DNA of 64,000 bases, from the NCBI GenBank assembly GCA_973895155.1, contig OZ316892.1:21949619-22013618 (forward strand), read 5' to 3'. The notes under the pieces were generated by a model, which did not search any database, was not told the DNA's origin, and saw only the letters and a program-made list of their open reading frames with translations. The stretch's first letter is position 1. Every line of letters starts with the position of its first letter. The stretch comes from Marsupella aquatica. Taxonomy: Eukaryota; Plantae; Marchantiophyta. This document shows positions 49,473-61,100 of this stretch, piece by piece. A program made the translations under genes and the position numbers.

Positions 49473-52400
49473 CAATTCTTCACGAATTCAAAATGGCTTG
49501 AACCCAATGGATGGACTACATTTTGCAATCATTCAAGGTGGATTGCAGAGGGGGACCATTGCTTGAAGCTGTTTTTCAAATCCTTTAAGAGCTTGGCCAT
49601 CGACAATTAATGAGATTCACCAACTTTCTAATGAGGAGGATCAGCTGGTCAACGATTGGGCAGGAATCATGGCTGCAACAACCACTAATTCTTTCAAAAC
49701 ATCCTTGGACATTTGGCTGGCTTCCACCCAGAACAGCTGGCCCGGATTCTTCAGTGGCAGACCAAGAAGATTGCAGACGATGATAAGACCTTGTTGAATG
49801 CGCGCCCTCACAATTGAAGAGCTTTGACAAGCAGTAGCAACTCTACCCTGAAATAAGTGCCCTGGTCCGAATGGAATTCCTGGAGTGCGGAATTCTTCAC
49901 TGCAAACTGGAATGTTGTCAGCTCATCTTTACACAAGGCTCTTATGCTGGGACTATCTGAAGGATTTTTTGGGCCTGACTTCACTAAAGGCCTCATTTTA
50001 CTCCTCTGCAAGAAGGAGGACCAGCGCTACCTCACCAATAAGCGGCCCATCACACTATTGAATGTGATGTACAAGATTGGAGCGAAGGCATTTCAATTGC
50101 GGCTCACCCCAATTCTCCAACGTTTCATCACACCCCAGAAATTTGCGTTCCTTCCTGGTAGGAATATCCATCACTCGCTCATGCTACTGAATGAGATTAT
50201 ACACCAAGCGGAGTCCTCAGGTCTGGATTACATTCTTATGAAACTTGACATAAATAAGGCGTTTGATAAGCTGCAGTGGAGCTTTCTGTTTGCCATCTTG
50301 GAGAAAGCCGACTTTGGAGGACTACTCACACAATTCCTACGGGCCACACAGGCCTCTGCTACTTCCTTGATTCTCTTGAATGGCCAGATGGCTCCTCCCT
50401 TCAACCTTGCTCGATCAGTCAGACATGGATGTCCCCTATCACATGCTTTTCTTGATTGCAATGGATGCCTTAGCAGAATGATTCAGTGGGAGGCAGAATT
50501 GGGGCACAATCCAAGGGGTACATTTTCATGTGGAGAAGGTACAATCATTGCACCCACAATCTATTCACTGATGATCTAGTCATGATAATTCGAGCTGTGA
50601 TGGAGGTGATCAAGGCTTGCATGCAATTACTGGATCTGTTTGGCATGGCATCAGGTCTTTTTTGCATTTGGGAGAAAAAAAAGGCCGCCTTCATCTCACA
50701 TAGACAACTCCCCATTGAATTTTGACGCCTTCCTTGGCAATGGGAAGATGCCTCAAGTGCCACCAAACTCCTTGGGATTCCTTTTGCGCGTGGCATCTCT
50801 GAACAACAGATGATCCTATCCCTTGCTGAGAAACTGTAATCATGCCTAGGTAAGATACGCAAGAGTCCTGGATCACTTATTGCTCGGGTCATGGTAGTCA
50901 ACCACCTGGTCATGAGCACATTTGGTATATGCTTACAGTATGGGCTGGGCAACAATGCACATTGGACGCCATCCAAAAGAAGATTACAACCTTTGTCTAG
51001 GCTGGACCAAACAAGAAGGCTGGTCTCGAGTCAATTTTGTGACAATCACCAGGCCCAAGCATTTTGGTGGGCTGGGCTTAGTCTCCCTCTCCACACAATT
51101 CAGAGCACTCACAGGTAACTTCATTTTATGGGCTCTAGATCTTGCTGAAGAAGACAACCCCCTGCGGCACATTTTGCAGCACAAGATTAAGCAGCTATCT
51201 CAGCAGAAGTGGGGTACTCAGGACTTCTCTTGGGTTGTATCACATTGCCACACACTCCCGAGTGGTAGTTCCCAGGTTTGAAAAAAGGGTGGAACATGAT
51301 CAAGAAGAACTTGCGCCCTACGGCTCCAGGCCACATTGAGGGATGGCGTGATCTCCCCCTCTGGAGACCACATCTTAATCATATTGTACTGGGATAGGCT
51401 TGGTGTGCCAAAAATCCACAGCATAAGATTAGAAGGGCAGGATTTCTCCTTATGAAGGACGTGATGAATAATACAGGAGATTTCATTTGTTGGGAGGAAG
51501 GTCCGAATCTCTTCAGTTGCTGCCCAAAAACTGTGCCACCGCCTATAGACGTATGTTACAGAATCTGGTTAGTGTCCCAGAACTTCACTGCATGCAACCC
51601 AAGACAACGTATCCCTGTCTTTATGGAGGCCCGTCTCCCTAGCGGAATGTTGTTAATTTGGGAGTTCAAGATTCAGCGGAATCACATCACATCTAATTGG
51701 CAGCAATTTTTTGAGGCCTTTGCTCCGGTGAAGACGTACAAAGTGGTCAATGAACTTCAGCTCAAGATTGATACTTCAGCTCCACCATCTAGGATGACGT
51801 TGCATCCGGTGGTCATCCGGTCTCATAGAGCTACAACTACCTCACTATAGAGAATAGGCCAACCTATTGACAACTTGGCAATTTTAACTCACTACAAATG
51901 AAAGGACGGCAAACCCATGATGGTAACTCACACAACACACCTGAGGGAGATCCAAGGCCCATTGCGGACTTTCATGCACAAAGCCGTGAGGAAGTGTGGG
52001 CAACCAGCTTGAACTGGCAACCCAATTTGAAGATGCTCTGGACGACCACCTAGATACCTTTCAGAGCAACATCGGAAAATTGTTTCCTATATGGCAGCTT
52101 ATGTACAGGATTCCAGCTACTCAGCATTGGCAACTCCCAACCTTGCCATCAACCAATCCCCTTACCTGGTGTACCAGATGCCATCCCCACCAACAGGAAG
52201 ACCTGATACACTGCCTATGGAGCTGCCCGGTCTCAGCAATGGTCTGGCAGTGGGTGCACTTCATATATACTGCAAAACACAGCCATCACTAGGAGCAACT
52301 TGATTCATCTTCAACCAGCTCACATTTTAGTTGGCGCTCCTCTACCTGAGGTGTGGGACATACCTGAGAAATTATGGCACACCCTCAGAGCAATTGTTTG

Positions 52401-52992
52401 TTGGAACCCGTGGAAAGATTGCAGCTCGCACTGTTGGAGCTCATCAGATTGTTAGCACCGGCAGTCATTCACAAATCTTGGCATAAGGTTGGAATTTACC
52501 TTTGTAAGGATTGGGCCCGACAGTGTTCAAGGACAAGGGCTGGTAAATCCACTTCTGCAACGGCTCTCGGTAGCATGTCCTTTGACTATGGTACATGGGC
52601 TGGACTGTGGGAAGTACATGAGGAAATTCTGCAAGTTCCACCTGTCCCCCCCCCCCCAACGTCCCCGTGAACGTCCTTCCCTTTCAGGAGTTGAAGTGAC
52701 ATTGCAAGCTAGACTGATAGTATTGTTTATTATCACGGACCCACTCTTAGGTACCCCACCGGTTCCTTTTCACTGGCTGGTCTTTTGGAGTTCTGCCTCT
52801 TGCTACAGTGGTTAAATTCTAGTATAGCTTCCTTCTGTTGGAGTCTACTTCTCTCTTGGTTTCCGGCCCACCCGGTCTTTGGCTACATGACCTTTGGTCC
52901 TCCCGGGTGCCGACCCCCTTTTGTGGGCCACCCCTATTGTATGTTGGCTTTTTGAATGTAATTCAATTGGTTTTTTCAAGGCAAAACATCAA
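49473..52992 (+). mobile_element. 5'-truncated, degenerate L1/Tx1-type LINE (RT + zf-RVT) with a 16-bp TSD
   Basis: Motifs KRPITLLNVMYKIGAK, KLDINKAFD, SVRHGCPLS, LFTDDL, KLLGIP, RPKHFGGLGL, WCTRCHPHQQEDLIHCLWSCP. TSD AAGAGTTGGCATACTT (49457-49472) and AAGAATTGGCATACTT (52993-53008). Confidence 0.9.
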
Positions 52993-54995
52993 AAGAATTG
53001 GCATACTTTACTGGACAAAAGCTTGGAATATCATTACGGTTTCCGGGCTCTATCATGAAGATTGACTTCTGTATTGCATCCACATGATGTCCGGTTCCTA
53101 ATTTGAACTGGACTATCTTCTCATAATTAATTCATTTACCAAAGGTTTTGTAAACCCATGCTGCCACTGCCATGCATTTGCAGTGGTGCCGGCGTGACCA
53201 ATGGCACAATTCTCCTGCTCTCTGAGACACGTGGGAGCCAATCTATAATATATATCTTTTTTACTCACAATCTCATCACTGATATAAAAAGAGGTTAGCA
53301 ACCCCATCAGTTTCTGTATCCGGTCACCTCGATCCATCAGTTGTGCATATGGAACCTCCATACTTAGCAAGGCCGCTGAGATGACTCAGCCGAGCCACCA
53401 AGTTCAGAAAGTGACACGGCTAGCTAGTAGAATCTCCATAGAAATCTTCACTGGCCCACTAGGCCATTCCACAATCATTCTTATTTACTTAAATTAAAAG
53501 CTCATCAGTGAATACAAGAATCATTTCAACTACAGTAGTACAGTTATGATCCTCCGTCATGGGCATTAGTGACAGAATTGCAATTTGGACGAGATTTGTT
53601 AATATCAGTTCGGGTATCAGTTCTAAAATTTGCTTAGACTGTTCAAATACCTGAGAAGGCACAAGGAGCATTGGACAGTGGGTATTCTTGTAAATTAAAT
53701 TGTTTGAAAAACATTCCTCCTCACTGGGCCCACATAACCTGTACACAAGGCCCACACAACCTGTAACTTAATGCGCTTAATAATACACCTTGGCATGTCT
53801 GTGGGAAAGGAGAAGGACCACTGAAGTATATGCTTGATGAGACCCTTGTAAAAAAAAAACACCTTATGGACCCTACTAAACTTTTGTTACAAACTAGGTC
53901 CCCTACATAAGTTTTGTAGACATGTTCCTTATGTGGTGCCTAAGTTAGGGAATGGTCAATTGTACATTGTCTAGCACACATGTGCGTCTATGCGTGAAGA
54001 CATAATGCGTCTTCACTTGATTATAGAGTTCTAGGGGATCCACCGCTACATGATAGTGGGTTTGTACAACGTGCAGTCTAACATTTAGTCTAGTTCTTGT
54101 AGGCTAGCAACATTTTCCTGTTAAGATTGACTCAATGTAACTGTCTTTGTTTCAAATTTAGACAAATTTTGAAAGTTGCAACAAGAGCAAACAGCCAAAA
54201 GTAAAAGATTCTTGGTTGCTTCCATGTACTTAGACAATTGAGGGTCTAAATATGAGAAGACAATTTTTGAACGTTGCAATATAGGCCAATGGCTAAAAGT
54301 AGAGGATTCATTCCACACTTAAGATAAAGAACAAAGAGAAATGTCAAATCATCATGCAAACCCTGTGCATATGTTTCGTGAAACAACCTAAAGACGGAGG
54401 ACATGGTAGAAAGTAGAAATTCAAAGTAATCTAAAGATATGAACCATATTGTCTTCACTTAGGAACTCACAGTTTGTGCTATGGCCGCCATTACTCTTGA
54501 CCACAAATTCCCCAGCAGACTGAGTGTAGTTTGTCATTCAGCACTCTAAACTTTAAGGTAGCTCTTATTTCCGATAACTTGGTCAATCTTAGTTACCTTT
54601 TGGAAAGTGTCCTTGGAATGTGGAAAGGATAAACTAAATGCATTTAGCAATTTGTTTGAACTTGTCTAATTATTATATGGGCACGTGCAAGGTGGATTGA
54701 GCAGCACAATAATTGTATATTGCAGTAGTGTACACCCTCCCCGCATAAAATCAAAGTCCCATGCACTAAGGCAAACTTACATAGTAATTGCCCCACCAAC
54801 CACTCGGGTCCAGAGAATTGCAAGTTTCTGGTTGAGATATCACTCAAAATTCTATGGATTTACAAGGATTTTGGAGCACTTGTGATATTTTTTGGCCAAA
54901 CAAAGGGGAGGGTTATTTCTTGTTCAAATCTAGACCAAAGATCTTTGAACTGAACTTTAATAAATACAAAATAATGTTTGTAGTTGGACCACCTC

Positions 54996-55298
54996 CCCAG
55001 GGTCCTCACTTCTTTTCTTCCGACCCATCATGCGCGAATAAGTATATGGTTTTTTTATTGGGTTTAGTGAAATACTTTTAAATTTTTGTTGAAGAACATT
55101 AGGGTTATTTTAATCCAATTTTGAGAATTGTAAGAATCATATGGTTTTTTAAAATCAAAGATGGGAATATTCTTGGAATATTCTATTAAGTTAGGGGCAA
55201 ATTCCTAATTTTTTTTTATTGACTGAACTTTTAGGGTGTTTATTCCTCCAAAACTTCGAGCGTGATATGGGACACACCTTGGACTGAGCACCCCCGAG
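54996..55298. mobile_element. MITE (303 bp), subfamily A, 8-bp TSD ACCACCTC
   Basis: Near-identical to 27728-28034. Perfect TSD at 54988-54995 and 55299-55306. Confidence 0.92.
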
Positions 55299-55391
55299 AC
55301 CACCTCTAGAGATGTTATATTAAAACTGTGCCAAACAAGCACTTTAGATCAAAATTTACTTGGGCCTACTACTTGCACAATTTTCTGACAC

Positions 55392-56034
55392 TGCTATATG
55401 GAAAATTCATCTAACCTGCTCATAATGCCCCCTTGAAGGGGCTATATGGTGAATCCACCTTTCACATTTTGTCTTATTCAAATTTTGTGTCATGTATTTT
55501 TATTTCAATGTGCCTTAACAAGGGGCAGCCTTTGTATCATAGACATCTTAAATTAATTTTTAGACCCCTTCAATTTTAGGTTTTCTAGAGTATTAAAACT
55601 TATTTTGGCTGCCCCTTTGTAACTTTAAAAGTTAGTGATCTATTACAGATATGACACCAAGGGCTCCACCACTTGAACAAAGTATTTTTGTGAGTGAGAG
55701 AAATGATTTTGAATAACATGAACACATAGTGTCTTAAGTTCCACTCATGTTTTTCTTTACTAAGTTTATGGTTTTTATTGAAATAAGTGTCATTCATATT
55801 CATAAGGCACATTGAATTAAGTGCACATCTTAGCATACTTGTGTCATAAAACTTGATTGTACTTTTCATTGGTCAGTGTGTTTTTCTTGGCAAGTACTTT
55901 ACTGAAATTATTTTATCCTTCTAATTTGCTCTCATATTTTATTTACTTTGAGATCACTACAAGACAGAAAACCAAACATGTTCTTGGATGAGTATGCTAT
56001 ATGGGAAATTCATCTAACCTGCTCATAATGCCCC
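55392..56034. repeat. Dispersed repeat (copy 2) flanked by 40-bp direct repeats
   Basis: TGCTATATGG(A/G)AAATTCATCTAACCTGCTCATAATGCCCC at 55392-55431 and 55995-56034 (39/40 identical). The interior is an inverted homologue of 48528-49116. Confidence 0.75.
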
Positions 56035-58188
56035 ATGTCCTTAGTGATAATTGAATTCCTAATTTACTCCAACAAGGTTCGCTGTTTGTTTGCTCCTTCA
56101 TTTGGACTTGAACTTATTTTAGAAATTCAATTTCACAAGTTCCAATCACCTCCTACTTAAAATTTTACATTTTCATTACCTGTCCTACTAGTGCCAGGGT
56201 AAGTTTTTGGAATGTTCTGTTTGCTAAATCCACAAGGCTTGTATTCACATTTTTCAAATATTCCAGAAATTAATTTACCCTATCTATTTTTAGAATGCTC
56301 TAAATTATATTAAAAAACTAAAATAATGATTTTCCTTCCCCAAAGAGTTTTCATTACTAGAATCTCTAAAATTACCATATATTTCATGGCACATTATTAT
56401 GTACCATTTCTATTCTATACAAATGAAACCCACTAGAACAAACAAACACGATGGTATATTTGTGATGCTCTACCTTCATCATTGATCACCACCTCCACTG
56501 ATTCGTGGCCCGCATCGAAGTGTGCTTTTCCCCTGATAGTCCAGTCAACTGCCTCGCCTCTAAGCAAGCTTGGGTAACAGCAATAGATATTTTATAATTT
56601 TCTTTATATGGCTCATACAAAGCACCAGGTTGAGGCTTTGGGCCAAGATCATCGATCATACCAAGATGCTTGACCTGGGTCTAAAAACAAAAGTCGTTTC
56701 AATAATTAAAACTTTTTTGAGGAGTAGAACGCAGATTAGAGTAAAGAATCGTTGTTTTATTAAAAAGCCTTTAAAATTCGAAAGAAAGTAATGAAATATA
56801 TCCTGTGTGCACTTTTTTGAGGACTGAGTCAGATGCGAAGCACTGATTCCTTGGTTTCCGACTCCACGAATTTGGAAAAAGTGGCAATTGCTTGTGGAAG
56901 TCGTTTTGTATAGTGGTAAAGATACCGCGCCATTCCCTTTGATAACACCGTCACGAGCTCCAAAGTTTGGATGATCGGGCAGCAAAATTACAAGCTCCAA
57001 AATCCACAAGAATGATATCTGAATTGCTTGATTATCGCCGCCAAGATGAGTCAGTCTGCTCTTTAGATTCGATGGATTGATCACGTGCACTTCATTGGGT
57101 CTGCTGTGGTTGGGCTCCGGAGGTCGATGCAAAACAAGTAGTCCATTCAGAGGTTGGATGTTGATTAATTGCCGGCTCAAACGATTCAGGGTTCGAGGAA
57201 TCTAGCTGGGCATTCTCGAAGTAACATGTCCGCTGTTGAGCAGAGAGTACTGGCGTGGAGAAGCAATGAGGTTTGGTCGTTACTCGTGAGAGCATGACTG
57301 TCCTGTTGACGGCAACATCGATCCTTCGCTATGAAGTGCCTTTCGAATTCAAGTGCGTTTTTCCGGCGAGGGCGGCCTTTGGGACTACCGGTCCGTAATT
57401 TCTCTCTCTCGATCTTTGGCCAAGGAGATGGTTGATCTTTGTTCAGCGGTTGTCCCGGTGGACTTGAATTTCGCGCATCCGTGCTTTGTCTCTGACCATT
57501 TCTGTCACATCCAGATCGAAAACCAGTTCGTCAGTTCATTGATTGGAATACATGCTACGATTGTGATTGGATCGTATTAATTTCTCAGTGGCACATATAT
57601 TTATAGAGTTGAGTTGATTCGAAGATTTGTTTTCCTGCTGTAACATTCTCCATACTCTCGTGACTCCCAGTTTGCCTGCGGACATCAAATGCCATATATT
57701 CACTAGAATCACCTTGTGTAAACTCGAACAATGACTCTCCGAATCTTTGGAAGTATTGTCGGATCGTCCATTTGAGTCAATGTCTAGACATCTTCTCTTT
57801 TCCTTACTTGAGGCTTCCTTGAAAACAGCCCTTGCTTGAGACCTCCGTATGGCCAGCTTGCCAAGCCTGGCAGTTACTAAACTCTGACTTTTCTCAAAAT
57901 GAGTCGACACGATTCGACCAGTCCCGTTACGTATACGGTTTGTTGCTTCTCTGGAGTCCAATGTTAGTCTGGGACTCCATTGAGTACTGTATTAGCAACC
58001 ATGTTTGGACAGCATGCGCTATTTCTTGAAGTATCTGTTGCTACTGCAGAGGCATCATGCAATAATCAAAGGGCCCATACTGATCTTGATCTTTTATACG
58101 GAGCTATCCGTATTAGCACGGAACAGACTGGAAGACTCGAGAGTTCACTTGATAAAATGGTAGCTGTAGTTGGAGGACCTCCAAGGAG

Positions 58189-61100
58189 ATGAACAAAAGG
58201 ATGCGCATGAGAATCATGAGTCGGAGACTGAATGAGCCTCATTACTTCTACGGGGAGATCGACGTCCAGCATTTGTGGAGTCATCCCTCTGCAAGATTAC
58301 CTAATGTAGGTTGATGGCAGGAAACATGGTAGAATCGTCGTAATGTTGTTGTTTGGTTGTTCTATGCAGAGTCCTCAATCGCCCGCTCTCACGCCGCAGC
58401 ACCCGAAAGCGGTGAACCTGAAGCTTGTGAATGACATCATACGAAGGAGCCGCTCATCAGGAGGGAAAAAGAGCGACAGTGGGAAGGCAGCGTCCGACGG
58501 CAACAGCGGTAGTGAGGAATCTGTTGCAGATTCGTTCTCTGGCATAACGCGAGAAAACGAATGGTTTCTGCTGCAGGTCACCGAGGGATTGCCTTGTGCT
58601 CGATCCAATGTAAATTCAAACAATCTCTCTGATGTCGCAAAAATAAATGATACTCGATCAAGTGAAAACTAGAATAGTTGGAATACGTTATTTGCAAATA
58701 AATATTAACGACGCTTGACATCTATTTTTAAATGCTCCACTTTCAGTTTGTGAACCCGAAGAGTAAATATATACATTCTGATAGAGATTATTTCATTTGG
58801 CTTGAGTCAAAAAGAAAGCCTAAGTTTAAAATCGGAGAGGATGATAGCATACAAGGTTGGTCTTTCATATAAATTTCCCAGACTGAGCCAGATCTAATAG
58901 TTCTATGCTACAAATTGGGAACATTTGAAGTCGAAAAGCTCAACTTTCACAATCGACAGTGCATTTACAGGGATGTTGAGTGCTTTGATGAATCTTGGTG
59001 TGAAGAGTAGACTCTGACTACAATCTGAAGAAATTGTAGGCTAGCCTGATTCCTTGGCCGTCTCATGATGCAGCACGCGGCAGTTGCGAGCGGGGGAAAT
59101 GTTTACGTGGTCGGAGGGGAATCAGTGGACGGTCTCCTGCGCGATGTCCAGGTATAATTTCTCGATCTGTGACTTGACGCTTTCTTGTATCAAGGCTGCA
59201 GGCGCCAAAAGTGCCTGAAGTAGACTTCAGAATTCGTCAAAGTGGCCGAGACTGATACAACGGCGTGGGAGAAAATTGAATGTTCCAGTTGTAATCCTGG
59301 TTCCCATAAATGTTTCCGAATCAACCTATGTAGAATTGCAGAGAGGAAATTGAAAATTGGAACTGGAGCTTCTCAAAACTGGAGCTACTGGAGATTTGCT
59401 GTAGCATATATAGGGACTGTCGAGTCCGTCGTACAAGAGTTCTTGAAGTACACTCGAAAGTCTGAATATTGTTTTTAGCAATTGCTTTCTGCAAAACAAT
59501 TGCTGGCCACATTGATTAGGATCGTATCAAATATTCATTTTGTCCGCACCACCACGATCTGAGAAAGCAACGGGTATTCGAAAAAATACGTTCCGCTTAC
59601 ATTTCTTTTCTATGCAGAATCGTCTGCAATGAATTGGATTTTTGAAATTCAGAACTGCTTTGCCTTCGTGTAACTTCTTGTCAGCTATCAAACCGACGAT
59701 TTTTGCAATCAGACGACTCGTGGCTTGTAAGAATGCACAACCTGGTTCTCATGGTGTACGTTCTGAATGTCAGGTCTTCACCATCAGCCGATTCGCATGG
59801 AAAGAACTTTATTCTGAAGCCTCTGATACCAGCAACAGTACGCCAAGCAAAAATAGTGCCCTACTCACTCGAGGTCCTCGTTTGTTGGCACCATTTGCGG
59901 TAACAAGCTGGACTCTGAATATTGTTCGATTGTGCCAAATACACGTCATAACGTTAACTCATCAAGTGGCGTCATTTCTAAATTCCTGGAGATGGGACTG
60001 ATTGATCTTCTCTCGAACTGTATTTCCTACTGTAAAAGGGTGTGTGGAAGGGGCAGTTGATCGTTGTAGGACGCGAGGCGTCAGCTCCGAACGACTCGCC
60101 AGTAAGAGGTGCGGAAGCGATTGAGAGTCGTCGTGACGTGAAGGACTCTTAATTCCCAACTCCAAGCGTTCTCTCTCTTTCTTCCTCCATCAAAATGTAA
60201 CGCGTGTTTCACTCGAGTTAATTGATGATTGACTTTGTTGTGACCATCAATTGGGCGCGCGCAGTGCATACCTTCGAACCGTTACATCGGACATGGACTG
60301 CCCTCAAGCCCAACGGAGACGTTCCGGTGAGTTTAAGTTTAAGTTTTAGTCATTCGTTTCGAATGGATCCATCGTTCAATGCCAATTCTCAAAGTCAAGC
60401 ACTTGTTAACAGAGCACTAGGCTTTCAAGTCTAAGAAATAGACGTAGACGAACGAATACCGTACAACATGCGTGAAGCCTCTAGAGCGTAAGCCTTGACT
60501 ACAGCAGTGGGCACAAGAATCGGTTTCGAAGTAAGTGACATTGATTTACCGTCTTGTCAAGCCACTACAGTAGTAAAGCGCCAGAAAAGTTGGAAAAGCA
60601 TTTCATCTTGTTGTACGTGTCCTGTGTTGCCAGGAAGCACGCCATGGGTACCGCATAGTGCAAATCAAGTCTACACTAGTGTTCTTTGGTGGAGAAGATG
60701 CAAGCGGACGTATCGTAGACGATGTATTCACTCTCGATCTCGAAGACATGACGTGGACTCTCCTTCAAACAACGTAAGCAAGCTGGAGGCAATTTTCCGT
60801 GCTGCTTCTTCTCGAAACTCCATTCCAAGAAATTAGGCCTCCTTTGGAAATGTTGATTTTCGTAATCTTCACAGCAGATAGGTTGCTGTCTTCATTGTAC
60901 ATATTCACTACTAACGGGATTGGAAGATCGCTTGCGTACTCTTCATCTCACATCCCTCGGGAATTCTACCCCTCCCATCCATCAACAATGAAGGCAAGGG
61001 TTTACTTATATTTGATGCCATGCCATGATCCATTTAGGGGCGTGAAACCTGCTCCTCGTAGGTACCATGCTATGGCATGCTACGGTGGCCAGTACATCTG

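Noticed and set aside
53113-54850. Short minus-strand ORFs with faint transposase-like words (e.g. YLDPQL)
   Set aside because: Too few motifs to assign to any family by eye.
56656-57961. Minus-strand ORFs of 174 and 141 aa
   Set aside because: No recognisable motifs or exon chain. They overlap the presumed promoter and leader of the kelch gene.
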